A stretch of DNA of 64,000 nucleotides from Eubacteriales bacterium (GCA_045598385.1 JAZLLY010000016.1:68064-132063), one strand, 5' to 3'; counted from the first letter of the stretch, positions 38,287 to 48,426 are shown. The notes: generated by a model from the sequence alone, not told the origin. A program made the numbers and translations.

Positions 38287-38976
38287 ATGGATACGAAACT
38301 TCTGGTCGTTGACGACGACGTCAATATCTGCGATATGCTCAAACTATATTTTGAAAACGAGGGATATCAGGTGCGAACCGCGAACGACGGCTTTGCCGGT
38401 ATCGAAGCATTCAAGCAGTATGATCCCGATCTTTTGCTCCTCGATATCATGATGCCCCGGAAAGACGGCTGGCAGGTATGCCGTGAGATCCGTGAATTTT
38501 CCGGGAAGCCGGTCATCATGATCTCTGCAAAAACCGAAGTATTCGACAAGGTCTTAGGACTTGAACTCGGCGCGGACGATTATATCGTCAAACCCTTTGA
38601 TATGAAAGAACTTTCCGCACGTATCAAGACAGTCCTCCGCCGTTATAACGCCCACTCCAAGGATCCCGACGACGAAGTCGTCAGATTTGAAAACATCGAG
38701 ATCAGTCTGCAAAAATACGAACTGAAAATCAACGGGAAAGCCATTGATATTCCCCCGAAAGAACTTGAACTTCTCTACTTCCTTGCGTCGAACTGCAACC
38801 GTGTTTTCACGCGCGATCAGCTGCTCGACAAGGTTTGGGGATTTGATTATCTCGGCGATTCGAGAACGGTGGACGTTCACGTCAAGCGCCTGCGCGAAAA
38901 ACTTGAGGGCGTGTCCGACAAATGGATCCTCAAAACCGTCTGGGGCGTTGGCTATAAATTTGAAACGCTCGTTTGA
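38287..38976 (+). CDS. OmpR/PhoB-family response regulator (orphan; no kinase gene adjacent)
   Basis: Receiver domain (LLVVDDD, DLLLLDIMMP, PVIMISAK) and a winged-helix Trans_reg_C domain (RTVDVHVKRLREKL, VWGVGYKF). ATG at 38287 after GGAGG. The track ORF is extended upstream. Confidence 0.9.
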   Translation: MDTKLLVVDDDVNICDMLKLYFENEGYQVRTANDGFAGIEAFKQYDPDLLLLDIMMPRKDGWQVCREIREFSGKPVIMISAKTEVFDKVLGLELGADDYIVKPFDMKELSARIKTVLRRYNAHSKDPDDEVVRFENIEISLQKYELKINGKAIDIPPKELELLYFLASNCNRVFTRDQLLDKVWGFDYLGDSRTVDVHVKRLREKLEGVSDKWILKTVWGVGYKFETLV

Positions 38977-39056
38977 CAAATCGGTTTAGCAAATCGGATA
39001 AAATATATCCTGAATAATGTACGTTCTTTCGCGATAAATCGTCGCGAAAAAGGGAA

Positions 39057-39084
39057 AGCGGGAGCGATTGCTCCCGCTTTTTTG
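39057..39084. terminator. Bidirectional terminator between the response regulator gene and parC
   Basis: AGCGGGAGC-GATT-GCTCCCGCT hairpin with T-runs on both strands. Confidence 0.7.
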
Positions 39085-39161
39085 ATGAAAAAAAGATACT
39101 TTTGATGAAAATCGGCGTTGCGCAGCGGATAATATTTCTCCGCTTTCCGTCTGCCGGTTTT

Positions 39162-41387
39162 TCAGAATTTGAGATTCATTCTGCCGGTCGGAACGCCGGT
39201 GGAGGGAACGACGATCTTCCTGCACTTCTGCGCGTCGGGGCCGAGTCTTTCCACCATGACGGTAGCAAAATTCAATTTTGCGTTTTTCGGTAGCTGCATC
39301 ACGGTATTTCCGCCCGCCGTCCTCGTCGATTTTTCAACGACGAGCGAGCTTTTGATCAGCATGGCTTTTCCCTGTGTGGAACGCAAAAACAGCGATATCG
39401 GTTCTTTTCCTTCATAAAAGGCGGCAACAGGTCTTGAAACCGTGGAGAAAGCACCGCTGAGTTTTTTACGCTTACTCTTCGTCTCGTAAGTTGACATCGG
39501 GACTTTGACGCCTTTTCCGTTCTCGAAGAAGTAGATCATCCGTCCTTCGGGCAACGTATCGTAAACGACGTGACAGCCGATGACGTGCTCATCGTCCTCC
39601 ATACCGAGTTTTGCCGGCACGTATTCGCCGATTTGAGAAGACTTGCACAGATCAAAAGAACTGGTTTTGGCACGGTAAATCTGTCCTTTATCGGTAAAGA
39701 ACAAAACGTCGCCGCGGTTGTCGGTATCCATCTCGAACGCAACGAAGTCGCCCTCTTTTGTTTTTTGCTCGTCGTTGCTCTTCATCGCCTGTGCTGACAG
39801 TTTTTTGAAGTAACCGCTTCCCGTCAGTACCAGACGGCAATCGTAGTTTTCAAAGAAGAGTTCCTCCGCCGAGATCTTTTCCTCATCCAGGTGGGAAAGA
39901 ACGATCTCGGTCTTTCTCGGTTTTCCGTATTTTTTCTTGATTTCCTGGAGTTGGGAAATGATAAGACCTTTGAGTTTGAGATTGTCTCGGAGAATACCGT
40001 CGATCTCTTCGATCTCTTTTGTCAGAGAGTCAATCTCTTCAATGCGCCTCAATATATACTGCCGGTTGAGATTACGCAATTTGATCTCGGCAATATACTC
40101 TGCCTGCACGTCGGAAAGGCGGAATCCCGCAGCCAGGTTGGGGACGACGTCTTCCTCTTTTTCGGTGTTACGGATAATGCGGATCGCTTTATCAATGTCG
40201 AGAAGAATGGCGGCAAGACCTTTGAGAAGATGCAGTTTATCCTGCTTTTTCTTGAGGTCGAACCGAAGCTCGCGGGACAGACAGGTCTCACGGTAGCGGA
40301 TCCATTCGAGAAGAATGTCTTTCACGCCGAGTTGTTTCGGCGAGCCGTTGACAAGCAAAATGAAACGGCAGTCAAAGTTACATTCAAGATCCGTTGCCGA
40401 GAAGAGTTTTTTCATCACGATCTCGGGATCGGCGTCACGCTTCAGGTCGATGGTCAGTTTGAAGCCGTTAAGGTCGATCGCGTCACGGACGTCGGAGATC
40501 TCGCGGAGTTTGCCTGCTTTTACGAGATCGGCGATTTTCTGCATGATCGGCTCTATCGTCGCGCTGTAAGGAATCTCGAGAATGTCAATAGCGTGTTCTT
40601 TCGGGAGAATATTGTACTTTGCACGCATACGGATGGAGCCCGTGCCGGTTTCATAGATACGCTTCATCGTTTCTCTGTCGTACAAAATCTGAGCTCCGCC
40701 TGCGAAATCGGGGGCGTGGATCAGATCGAGCAGACGTTCGGTCGAAGTGTTCGGATTTTTCAAAAGCGCGATCGTTCCGTCGCAGACTTCGGCGAGATTG
40801 AACGACGGGATGGAACACTGCATACCGACGGCAATACCGAGATTCGCGGAAACGAGAATATTCGGGAACGTCGTCGGAAGCAAGGTCGGTTCTTCGGTCG
40901 TATTGTCGTAATTGGGAACAAAATCGACGGCATCCTTTTCGATACCGGCGAAAAGTTCATGACAAAAAGGATCCAGTTTGGCTTCGGTATATCGGGATGC
41001 CGCACAAGCCATATCACGCGAATAGTGTTTACCGAACGATCCTTTGGAATCCACAAAAGGATGCAAAAGGGTCTCGTGTGCCCGCGTCAGACGCATCATC
41101 GTATCGTATATCGAAGAATCGCCGTGAGGGTTCAGATGCATCGTTTGACCGACGATATTCGCGCTTTTGGTTTTCGCTCCCGACAACAGACCCATCTCGT
41201 ACATGGTATAAAGCAGTTTCCTGTGCGATGGCTTGAAACCGTCAATGTCCGGAATGGCGCGCGAAATGATGACCGTCATCGCATACGGCATATAGTTTTT
41301 TTCAAGCGTCTCGGTGATCGGTTGTTCGGTCGGAACCGCCTGATTATTTTTGAATTCTTCAATGTCGTCTGTTTTTTTCTTAGCCAT
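39162..41387 (-). CDS. parC: Type IIA topoisomerase subunit A (ParC/GyrA family; topoisomerase IV subunit A-like)
   Basis: FKPSHRKLLYTM, HPHGD-like NPHGDSSIYD, an active-site region (AAASRYTEAKL) and a C-terminal beta-pinwheel. No B subunit gene is adjacent. Confidence 0.8.
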   Translation of the reverse strand: MAKKKTDDIEEFKNNQAVPTEQPITETLEKNYMPYAMTVIISRAIPDIDGFKPSHRKLLYTMYEMGLLSGAKTKSANIVGQTMHLNPHGDSSIYDTMMRLTRAHETLLHPFVDSKGSFGKHYSRDMACAASRYTEAKLDPFCHELFAGIEKDAVDFVPNYDNTTEEPTLLPTTFPNILVSANLGIAVGMQCSIPSFNLAEVCDGTIALLKNPNTSTERLLDLIHAPDFAGGAQILYDRETMKRIYETGTGSIRMRAKYNILPKEHAIDILEIPYSATIEPIMQKIADLVKAGKLREISDVRDAIDLNGFKLTIDLKRDADPEIVMKKLFSATDLECNFDCRFILLVNGSPKQLGVKDILLEWIRYRETCLSRELRFDLKKKQDKLHLLKGLAAILLDIDKAIRIIRNTEKEEDVVPNLAAGFRLSDVQAEYIAEIKLRNLNRQYILRRIEEIDSLTKEIEEIDGILRDNLKLKGLIISQLQEIKKKYGKPRKTEIVLSHLDEEKISAEELFFENYDCRLVLTGSGYFKKLSAQAMKSNDEQKTKEGDFVAFEMDTDNRGDVLFFTDKGQIYRAKTSSFDLCKSSQIGEYVPAKLGMEDDEHVIGCHVVYDTLPEGRMIYFFENGKGVKVPMSTYETKSKRKKLSGAFSTVSRPVAAFYEGKEPISLFLRSTQGKAMLIKSSLVVEKSTRTAGGNTVMQLPKNAKLNFATVMVERLGPDAQKCRKIVVPSTGVPTGRMNLKF

Positions 41388-41407
41388 GAAAACACTCCGC
41401 TGTAGAT

Positions 41408-42457
41408 TTATAGTTTGATGATCTGATACGCCGCGGCACGGATCATACGGTTATAAAGTGCGAGCCCGACGCCCTCCGTTGAGGGTAAAGGCGCATATAT
41501 CGCGTCGTATGATTCCTTATCCGCTTCGCGCAACAGGTAGAACAATCTTTTGGACTGCTCGATTTTATCATTTGATTTTCCGAAATTATAGGTTGTAATT
41601 GCAGATATTTCCTTTTGCGCAAAATCCAAATATTCGTCAAAACACAGAAAGGCATATTTCCCTGCCGGAAGAGACTTCAGATAAGCAAACGCCTTTTCCA
41701 TATCGGCGTCCAGAAGAAAGACCGGGGCTTTCGGCGCATAATGACGGTATTTCATACCGGGAGAAAGTGCGACCTCGCCGGGCTTCAGCGCGCCCGTAAC
41801 GGCGTCGGCGACCGCCACCTGTCCGACGACGGCGATCAGATCCTCAAGGGTGATCTTACCGGGTCTGAGCAAAGTCAAAGCACCGTTTTCGTCAACAGAT
41901 ACAATGGTGGATTCCAGACCGAAGTCGGAAGCACCGCCGTCGATGATCATATCCACTCTGCCGTTCATATCGTCATATACGTGCTTCGCGGAAGTGGGAG
42001 ACGGACTGCCGGAACGGTTTGCCGACGGCGCCGCGATGGGAACACCGGTCGCTCGGATAAGCGCATGAGCAACGGGATGAACGGGGCAACGAACGGCAAC
42101 GGTAGAAAGACCGCCCCTTGTCGTTAAGGGAACGGAATCCTTCGCCGGCAAAACCACGGTCAAGGGACCGGGCATGAACGCATCGGCGAGTTTTTGATAA
42201 GTATCGTTCAGAAAAGCGTATTTTTCTGCGTCCCGCGGCTCTGCAATATGAATGATGAGGGGATTATCCGACGGACGACCTTTTGCGGCGTAGATTTTCG
42301 CCGCCGCCTCTTCATTCGTGGCGATCGCGCCGAGTCCGTAAACGGTCTCCGTCGGAAAAACCACAAGACCGTTATGCAAAAGAATATCCGCGGCACGAAG
42401 TATCGCCCTGACGCCTTCTTCATTCAGTTCATCTATTTTTACTACTTCGGTCGTCAT
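41408..42457 (-). CDS. L-threonylcarbamoyladenylate synthase (Sua5/YwlC/TsaC, long form)
   Basis: YrdC domain (VVFPTETVYGLGA, KGRPSDNPLIIH, SANRSG) plus a Sua5 C-terminal domain. Confidence 0.92.
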   Translation of the reverse strand: MTTEVVKIDELNEEGVRAILRAADILLHNGLVVFPTETVYGLGAIATNEEAAAKIYAAKGRPSDNPLIIHIAEPRDAEKYAFLNDTYQKLADAFMPGPLTVVLPAKDSVPLTTRGGLSTVAVRCPVHPVAHALIRATGVPIAAPSANRSGSPSPTSAKHVYDDMNGRVDMIIDGGASDFGLESTIVSVDENGALTLLRPGKITLEDLIAVVGQVAVADAVTGALKPGEVALSPGMKYRHYAPKAPVFLLDADMEKAFAYLKSLPAGKYAFLCFDEYLDFAQKEISAITTYNFGKSNDKIEQSKRLFYLLREADKESYDAIYAPLPSTEGVGLALYNRMIRAAAYQIIKL

Positions 42458-43524
42458 AGCGTCTCGCCTTTTAGTTTTTCCGCCGTTTCCGCGTTTGTGA
42501 GGGCGAGGATCATATCGTCCATATCACCGTTCATGAAACTCTCAAGACTGTATATCGTCTTGTTGATCCTGTGATCGGTCACGCGAGATTGCGGATAATT
42601 GTACGTTCTGATTTTTTCACTGCGATCGCCGCTTCCGATCTGGCTTTTTCTCTCGGAAGCGATTTTTTCGTCCCGCTCACGGATTTTGATATCGTAAAGT
42701 TTTGTACGCAAAATCCGCATCGCGGTTTCTTTATTCTGTAACTGACTTCTCTCCGTATCACATTCGACAACGATCCCCGACGGGACGTGTGTCAGTCGGA
42801 CGGCGGATTCCGTCTTATTGATATGCTGACCGCCGGCACCGCTCGATTTACAGGATTCAAAACGGATATCCGAAGGACTTACGGCGATTTCCACGTCTTC
42901 CGCCTCCGGCAAAACCGCGACGGAAACGGCGGAAGTCTGGATCCTGCCGTTGGATTCGGTCACGGGAATACGCTGAACGCGGTGGACGCCGCTTTCGTAC
43001 TTCATTTTTGCGTACGCTCCGACACCTTTTACAAGGAAAGTGACGTTCTTGAAACCGCCGAGTTCCGTCTCGTTTGCTTCCGTCACGGTGAGGGAAAAAC
43101 CGAGGCGGGAAAGATACATGGAGTACATGCGAAACAGATCGTAAGCAAACAGCGCCGCTTCTTCTCCGCCCGTTCCCTGCCGGATCTCCACGATGGTATT
43201 GCGATCGTCGTCGGGATCTTTCGGGATCAAGAGTATTTTGATTTGTTCTTCCGTGCTTTCTTTTTTCTCGGAAAGAGAAACGATCTCGTCACGGATCATC
43301 TGCCGCATTTCGGGATCCTGTGTCTCTTCCAGCATCTTTGCCAGTCCGTCCAGTTCATCCTCGGCAGACCGAAGTGCAAAGCACGCCTCCGCGAGGGGTG
43401 TCAGGGACTTGTATTCTTTCATCAGAGCGGAATATCTGCCGTTATCGGAAATCACATCCGGCAGGGTGATATTTCTCTCTATTTCTCGGTATTTATCGAG
43501 AATACCGGAAAGTTTTTCATTCAT
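42454..43524 (-). CDS. prfA: Peptide chain release factor 1
   Basis: GGQ motif (SGAGGQHINKTESAVR) and the RF1-type PxT tripeptide (PVT). Start set at MNEKLS after TGGAG. The stop overlaps the sua5 start. Confidence 0.95.
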   Translation of the reverse strand: MNEKLSGILDKYREIERNITLPDVISDNGRYSALMKEYKSLTPLAEACFALRSAEDELDGLAKMLEETQDPEMRQMIRDEIVSLSEKKESTEEQIKILLIPKDPDDDRNTIVEIRQGTGGEEAALFAYDLFRMYSMYLSRLGFSLTVTEANETELGGFKNVTFLVKGVGAYAKMKYESGVHRVQRIPVTESNGRIQTSAVSVAVLPEAEDVEIAVSPSDIRFESCKSSGAGGQHINKTESAVRLTHVPSGIVVECDTERSQLQNKETAMRILRTKLYDIKIRERDEKIASERKSQIGSGDRSEKIRTYNYPQSRVTDHRINKTIYSLESFMNGDMDDMILALTNAETAEKLKGETL

Positions 43525-43539
43525 AGGGTACTCCAAATA

Positions 43540-44940
43540 TCAACGGATAAAGGCACAGAACGCAAGATAAGTCGCGAAGAGATCGGCTTTGGAGATCACT
43601 TCATAAGGCGCGTGCATGGAAATGACGGGAACGCCGATATCGAGCGTTTCGATACAATGATTGGCAATATAATTGGCAACCGTTCCGCCGCCTCCGAGAT
43701 CGGTTTTCCCGAGTTCTGCCATCTGAAAAGGCACATCGTTTTCCTCAAACAGTTTGCGGACGAAACCTACGAATTCGGCAGACGCGTCGCTGGAACCGGA
43801 CTTTCCTCTCGAACCGTTGTATTTACTGAGTGCCGTCCCGCAGGAGATCATGGCACTGTTCATCTTTTCATATACTTCCGCAAAATTAGGATCAAAAGCG
43901 GCGGTCACGTCCGCACTCAGACATTTAGACGCCGTCTTGACGATCCTCGGATTCTTGTGCTGTGAGATCGCGATTTCGGTCAGAAGATCGGTGAGCAGAT
44001 CCGACTGCATACCCGAAACACCGATGGAACCGATCTCTTCTTTGTCGGCGAGAACGACCATCACGGTTCGCTTTTTATCAGTTGCGGAAAGCAACGAGGT
44101 GACGGCAGGATAGGAACATACGCGGTCATCATGGCCGTAGGCACCGATGAAAGCACGGTCAATGCCCACGTCGCGCGCCTTGAATGCTGGAACAAGCGAA
44201 AGTTCAGCACTCAGAAAATCGCTTTCCGTCACGCCGTATTTTTCATGCAAAAGCGAAAGAACATTCAGTTTGATCGCTTCTTTAACGTTCTCATCAGCAT
44301 AAGGAATGCCGCCGATGAGGATATTGAGATTTTCGGCGGGGATCGCTTTTCCGAGAGGTTCTTCAACCTGCCTTTGCGCAAGGTGCGGCAAAAGGTCGTT
44401 GATATAGAAAACAGGATCCTTCTCGTCCTCGCCGATCTTTACGTTGACGGTAGTACCGTCCTTTTTCACCATCACACCGTGAAGTGCAAGCGGAATCGTG
44501 GTCCACTGATATTTTTTGATCCCGCCGTAATAATGCGTTTTCAGAAAACTCATTCCGCTGTCTTCATAAAGAGGAACCGGCTTGAGATCGAGGCGGGGAT
44601 TGTCAATATGGGAAGCAAGGATCCTGATGCCGTCTTTTTCAAGGTCGTTTTCTCCGATGCGGAAAAGAACGAGACATTTCCCGAAGACGTTATAGTACCG
44701 TTTATCACCGACTGATAACGCATCGCCGAAGCGGTACGGGGTATATCCGTTTTCCTTCGCCATGCACGTCACGGTATCTACCGATTCTCTCTCCGTCTTT
44801 GCTTCGTCCAGAAAAGCACGGTAAGAGTCGGCGTAATCGAAAATCTCTTTCATTCTTTCCGGCGTGGCGTCGGCGTAACGGTTTTTCTTCTGATAACCAA
44901 GATCGTCAAGGAGCAGCTGCCCCTGTGTTTTTTTGTTCAT
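43540..44940 (-). CDS. M18-family aminopeptidase
   Basis: SHIDNPRLDLKP, GAYGHDDRVC, EEIGS and SMHAPYE match peptidase M18 signatures. The ATG at 44940 overlaps the coaE stop (ATGA). Confidence 0.85.
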   Translation of the reverse strand: MNKKTQGQLLLDDLGYQKKNRYADATPERMKEIFDYADSYRAFLDEAKTERESVDTVTCMAKENGYTPYRFGDALSVGDKRYYNVFGKCLVLFRIGENDLEKDGIRILASHIDNPRLDLKPVPLYEDSGMSFLKTHYYGGIKKYQWTTIPLALHGVMVKKDGTTVNVKIGEDEKDPVFYINDLLPHLAQRQVEEPLGKAIPAENLNILIGGIPYADENVKEAIKLNVLSLLHEKYGVTESDFLSAELSLVPAFKARDVGIDRAFIGAYGHDDRVCSYPAVTSLLSATDKKRTVMVVLADKEEIGSIGVSGMQSDLLTDLLTEIAISQHKNPRIVKTASKCLSADVTAAFDPNFAEVYEKMNSAMISCGTALSKYNGSRGKSGSSDASAEFVGFVRKLFEENDVPFQMAELGKTDLGGGGTVANYIANHCIETLDIGVPVISMHAPYEVISKADLFATYLAFCAFIR

Positions 44941-45551
44941 ACACAATCTCCCGAATTAATTTTTTTGAGGATCTCATCCGCCCGACGGCAGAGGGAATCC
45001 GTGGTGCTGTTATTCTCGATCACGTAATCGCAATGCGCGGTCAGATATTCGTCTGTCAACTGTGAACGGAATCGGGCGCGGATCTCGTCTTCTTTGATGC
45101 CGTCGCGTTCAGAGATTCTCGCAATGCGACGGTCTTCGTCGGCGACGACGCAAATCACGGCATCGCATAAACGGTCAAAACCGGATTCAAACAGTAAAGG
45201 GACATCTACAAAGACAACACGGGCATCCTGCTTTTTCTGTGCGGAAAGGATCTCTTTCACACGGGACAGCACGTGCCTGTGAGTGATGGCATTCAAGCGT
45301 GCCTGTCTCTCTTTTGGTTCATCCGAAAGAAAAACGGCAGTTGCAAGCGCCCGACGGTTAACGCTGCCGTCTTCCTTAAGGATTTCCGTTCCGAATGCTT
45401 CGACGAGTTCCCTCACACATTCTCCTTTTTCCAAAAGAATCTTGTGATAAAGATCGTCGGTATCGATAACCGGAATCCCTTTTGATCGGAAATAAGAGGC
45501 AACCGTGCTTTTTCCGCTTCCGCTTCTGCCGCACATTCCAATGGTTATCAT
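44937..45551 (-). CDS. coaE: Dephospho-CoA kinase
   Basis: MITIGMCGRSGSGKSTV P-loop and a CoaE fold of about 200 aa. Start moved to 45551 after AAGGAGG. The track ORF is extended upstream. Confidence 0.9.
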   Translation of the reverse strand: MITIGMCGRSGSGKSTVASYFRSKGIPVIDTDDLYHKILLEKGECVRELVEAFGTEILKEDGSVNRRALATAVFLSDEPKERQARLNAITHRHVLSRVKEILSAQKKQDARVVFVDVPLLFESGFDRLCDAVICVVADEDRRIARISERDGIKEDEIRARFRSQLTDEYLTAHCDYVIENNSTTDSLCRRADEILKKINSGDCV

Positions 45552-45644
45552 AGCTGCCTCCTTATTTTTTATACAATTATATAACATAAATGACTGCCTG
45601 TCAAGGCAAAGCGTTCCCTTTTCTTCCCGCGTTATCCTTTCCCG

Positions 45645-45673
45645 TTGACAACGGCAGAAAGATATGGTAAAAT
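45645..45673 (+). promoter_or_regulatory. Sigma-A promoter upstream of DUF951-ruvAB
   Basis: TTGACA, 17 nt, then TAAAAT with a TGG extended -10. Confidence 0.5.
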
Positions 45674-45692
45674 GACTGTGAAATGAGGTGGT

Positions 45693-45872
45693 ATTACGGA
45701 GATACCGGTCATCCGCCAGGACGACGTTCTGACTTTGAAGAAAAAACATCCCTGCGGTAACGATTCTTTCACCGTTCTGCGCGTCGGAACGGACATCCGC
45801 GTTCGGTGTCTCGGATGCGGAAGAGAGGTCGTACTGCCACGCATAAAATTAGAAAAAATGATAAAAAGGTAA
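45693..45872 (+). CDS. DUF951-family small protein; the start codon is uncertain or non-canonical
   Basis: My own translation gives ITEIPVIRQDDVLTLKKKHPCGNDSFTVLRVGTDIRVRCLGCGREVVLPRIKLEKMIKR*, with the HPCG and CxxC hallmarks of DUF951. It is not in the ORF track because the frame has no ATG/GTG/TTG after the upstream in-frame TGA (45684-45686). Confidence 0.6.
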   Translation: MTEIPVIRQDDVLTLKKKHPCGNDSFTVLRVGTDIRVRCLGCGREVVLPRIKLEKMIKR

Positions 45873-45876
45873 CGAT

Positions 45877-46488
45877 ATGTTCTATTATCTTCAAGGTACT
45901 CTATCGGAAATTGCCGAAAATACCGCCGTCGTTGACTGCGGCGGTGTCGGATACGCTCTGACCGTCGGGGCTATCACGCTTTCCAAATTCGCAGGAAAGA
46001 TCGGCGAAGCCGTCCGGCTTTACACCTATCTTGCCGTGCGTGAGGACGGCGTTGAGTTATTCGGTTTTGAGACGGTCGAAGAAAAAAATATGTTTCTTCT
46101 TCTGACTTCCGTCAGCGGAGTCGGACCGAAAGCGGCGATCAGTATTCTTTCGATCTTTTCTCCTGCCGCATTGACGGTCGCGATCGCGGAAAAAGACGAA
46201 AAAGCCATCGCGCGAGCCAACGGTATCGGCGCAAAAACCGCAGCGAGAATCGCATTGGATCTGAAAGACAAAGTCGATCTGTCTTTAGTCAATCCCGACG
46301 TAATGATCACGGATGTGAAAACGGCAAAAAAAGACCTGTCAAAAGGAAATTTCAAAGAAGCCGCAGAAGCCCTCAGCGCTCTCGGTTACGACAAAACCAC
46401 AGTCACGAAAGCGCTCTCTGATTTCCCTGCCGATATGCCGGCGGTCGATATGATACGCGGTGCTCTGAAGCATATAGCGTCAAGATAA
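45877..46488 (+). CDS. ruvA: Holliday junction branch migration complex subunit RuvA
   Basis: MFYYLQGTL, HhH motifs ([16 protein letters not shown]) and a C-terminal domain III. Confidence 0.95.
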   Translation: MFYYLQGTLSEIAENTAVVDCGGVGYALTVGAITLSKFAGKIGEAVRLYTYLAVREDGVELFGFETVEEKNMFLLLTSVSGVGPKAAISILSIFSPAALTVAIAEKDEKAIARANGIGAKTAARIALDLKDKVDLSLVNPDVMITDVKTAKKDLSKGNFKEAAEALSALGYDKTTVTKALSDFPADMPAVDMIRGALKHIASR

Positions 46489-46504
46489 CTTTAGAGGTTT
46501 CATT

Positions 46505-47551
46505 ATGGTTGAAGAATGTAACGATTTTGATTTTGAAAACCGCATCGTAACGCAGGAATACACGCCTGCAGAGGATTACGAAGTCGAAAACTCCCTCCGC
46601 CCGAAAAAACTCGAGGATTACGTCGGACAGGAAAAGGCAAAATCCAATCTCAATATTTATATTCAAAGTGCAAAAAAACGCGGTGACGTACTCGATCACG
46701 TTCTCCTTTACGGCCCTCCCGGTCTCGGAAAAACGACGCTGTCCGGCATCATCGCGAACGAACTCGGTGTCCGCCTGCATACGACGTCCGGCCCGGCGAT
46801 CGAAAAGCAGGGCGACCTTGCGGCAATTCTTACGAATCTGTCCGAAGGAGACGTTCTTTTCATCGACGAGATCCACCGTCTACCCCGCCCCGTCGAGGAG
46901 ATCCTGTATCCGGCGATGGAGGATTACGCCATTGACATCGTTCTCGGAAAAGGACCGAGCGCAAAATCTCTGCGTCTCCCGATCCAGAAATTTACGCTCA
47001 TCGGTGCGGCGACCCGTGCGGGACAATTGACGTCTCCTCTGCGCGACCGTTTCGGCGTTCTGCTGAAACTTGAACTCTATACCAATGAAGAATTGTCAAG
47101 AATTGTTGACAGATCCGCCGGTATTCTCGGTATTTCCATCACGAAAGACGGGGCTGACGCGATCGCTTCCCGCTCCAGGGGAACGCCGAGAATCGCCAAC
47201 CGTTTTCTCAAACGTGTCCGGGATTTTGCCATGGTGGACGGTGACGGAACGATCACTTCAAAGATCGCCAAAAAAGCGCTCGAAGCACTTGAAGTCGATG
47301 ATCTCGGACTTGACAGTGTGGATCGCAGGATGCTTACTTCCATTATCCGGTATTACGGAGGCGGTCCCGTCGGTCTTGAAACCATCGCCGCCACGATCGG
47401 TGAAGAATCCGTCACGATCGAAGACGTATATGAACCTTACCTGCTTCAGATCGGTTTTCTCGCGAGGACACCGCGAGGACGAGTCGCCACCAAGCTCGCC
47501 TATGACCATCTCGGGATCCCCTACACGCAGGAAACGCCCAATCATTCATAA
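46505..47551 (+). CDS. ruvB: Holliday junction branch migration DNA helicase RuvB
   Basis: [29 protein letters not shown] and a winged-helix C-terminus. Confidence 0.97.
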   Translation: MVEECNDFDFENRIVTQEYTPAEDYEVENSLRPKKLEDYVGQEKAKSNLNIYIQSAKKRGDVLDHVLLYGPPGLGKTTLSGIIANELGVRLHTTSGPAIEKQGDLAAILTNLSEGDVLFIDEIHRLPRPVEEILYPAMEDYAIDIVLGKGPSAKSLRLPIQKFTLIGAATRAGQLTSPLRDRFGVLLKLELYTNEELSRIVDRSAGILGISITKDGADAIASRSRGTPRIANRFLKRVRDFAMVDGDGTITSKIAKKALEALEVDDLGLDSVDRRMLTSIIRYYGGGPVGLETIAATIGEESVTIEDVYEPYLLQIGFLARTPRGRVATKLAYDHLGIPYTQETPNHS

Positions 47552-47569
47552 CGATTGCATAAAAGAAAA

Positions 47570-47600
47570 ATCTGTATGTCAAACGGCATACAGATTTTTT
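47570..47600. terminator. Bidirectional terminator between ruvB and the Mrp-like gene
   Basis: ATCTGTATG ... CATACAGAT hairpin with an A-run upstream and T5 downstream. Confidence 0.65.
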
Positions 47601-47607
47601 ATATGGA

Positions 47608-48426
47608 TCAGAATGCGGCTTCGATCGCGTCAGCACACGGCTCGAGCGCATCTGTCTCGAAGAGTTCCACGGCGCCTTTGTCGCAGAGGTTGGGAAGCGA
47701 CGGATCAAGCGGAATCTTCGAAAGGACCGGGATCCCGTGCTTTTGTGCCAGTTCTTCAACGTGGCTCTCACCGAAAACAGAGATCTTCTTTCCGCAATCC
47801 GGGCACTTGAGATAACTGTAATTTTCAATGAGACCGAGAATCGGAATATCCATGAGATTCGCCATATTGACGGCTTTATCAACGATCATGGAAACAAGTT
47901 CCTGCGGAGAGGTCACTATGATGATTCCGTCAACGGGAATGCTCTGAAAAACCGTCAGCGGAACGTCGCCGGTTCCGGGAGGCATATCGACGTACATATA
48001 GTCAACGTCATTCCAGACGACGTCGCTCCAGAACTGCTTGACGGTTCCTGCGATCACGGGACCGCGCCATACCACGGGCTTGGTTTCTTCGTCCATAAGA
48101 AGATTGATGCTCATGACTTCAATACCCGTCTTCGTCTGTGCCGGGAACATTCCGAGATCGGATCCCGTCACACAACCGACAGGAAGCCCGAACGATTTCG
48201 GGATGGAAGGACCCGTGATATCCGCGTCAAGTATCGCGGTTTTATAACCCCTTCTCTTCATCGTGACGGCGAGCATGGAGGTTACGAGGGATTTTCCGAC
48301 GCCGCCTTTTCCGCTGACAACAGCGATAACGTGCTTGATTTTACTGGCTTTGTTCATCGGTGCCAAGAGAGATTCTTTGTCACACTTTGATGAACAGTTA
48401 CTGCAATCATGATTACATTCTGACAT
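47608..48426 (-). CDS. Mrp/NBP35/ApbC-family Fe-S cluster carrier ATPase
   Basis: Deviant Walker A (SGKGGVGKS), a CxxC motif (CPDCG) and a Cys-rich N-terminus (CNHDCSNCSSKC). Confidence 0.88.
   Translation of the reverse strand: MSECNHDCSNCSSKCDKESLLAPMNKASKIKHVIAVVSGKGGVGKSLVTSMLAVTMKRRGYKTAILDADITGPSIPKSFGLPVGCVTGSDLGMFPAQTKTGIEVMSINLLMDEETKPVVWRGPVIAGTVKQFWSDVVWNDVDYMYVDMPPGTGDVPLTVFQSIPVDGIIIVTSPQELVSMIVDKAVNMANLMDIPILGLIENYSYLKCPDCGKKISVFGESHVEELAQKHGIPVLSKIPLDPSLPNLCDKGAVELFETDALEPCADAIEAAF

Noticed and set aside
42454-43524. The absence of prmC between prfA and sua5, where many Firmicutes have prfA-prmC-sua5, as a possible deletion.
   Set aside because: The prfA stop and the sua5 start overlap cleanly (ATGA-type coupling) and no gene remnant is present. 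prmC is probably encoded elsewhere, so this is ordinary gene-order variation.
47070-47810. The 246-aa plus-strand ORF spanning the ruvB 3' end, the terminator and the Mrp-like gene.
   Set aside because: It is out of frame within ruvB, antisense to the Mrp-like gene, and crosses a strong terminator. The sequence is Ser/Arg/Pro-rich with no motifs.
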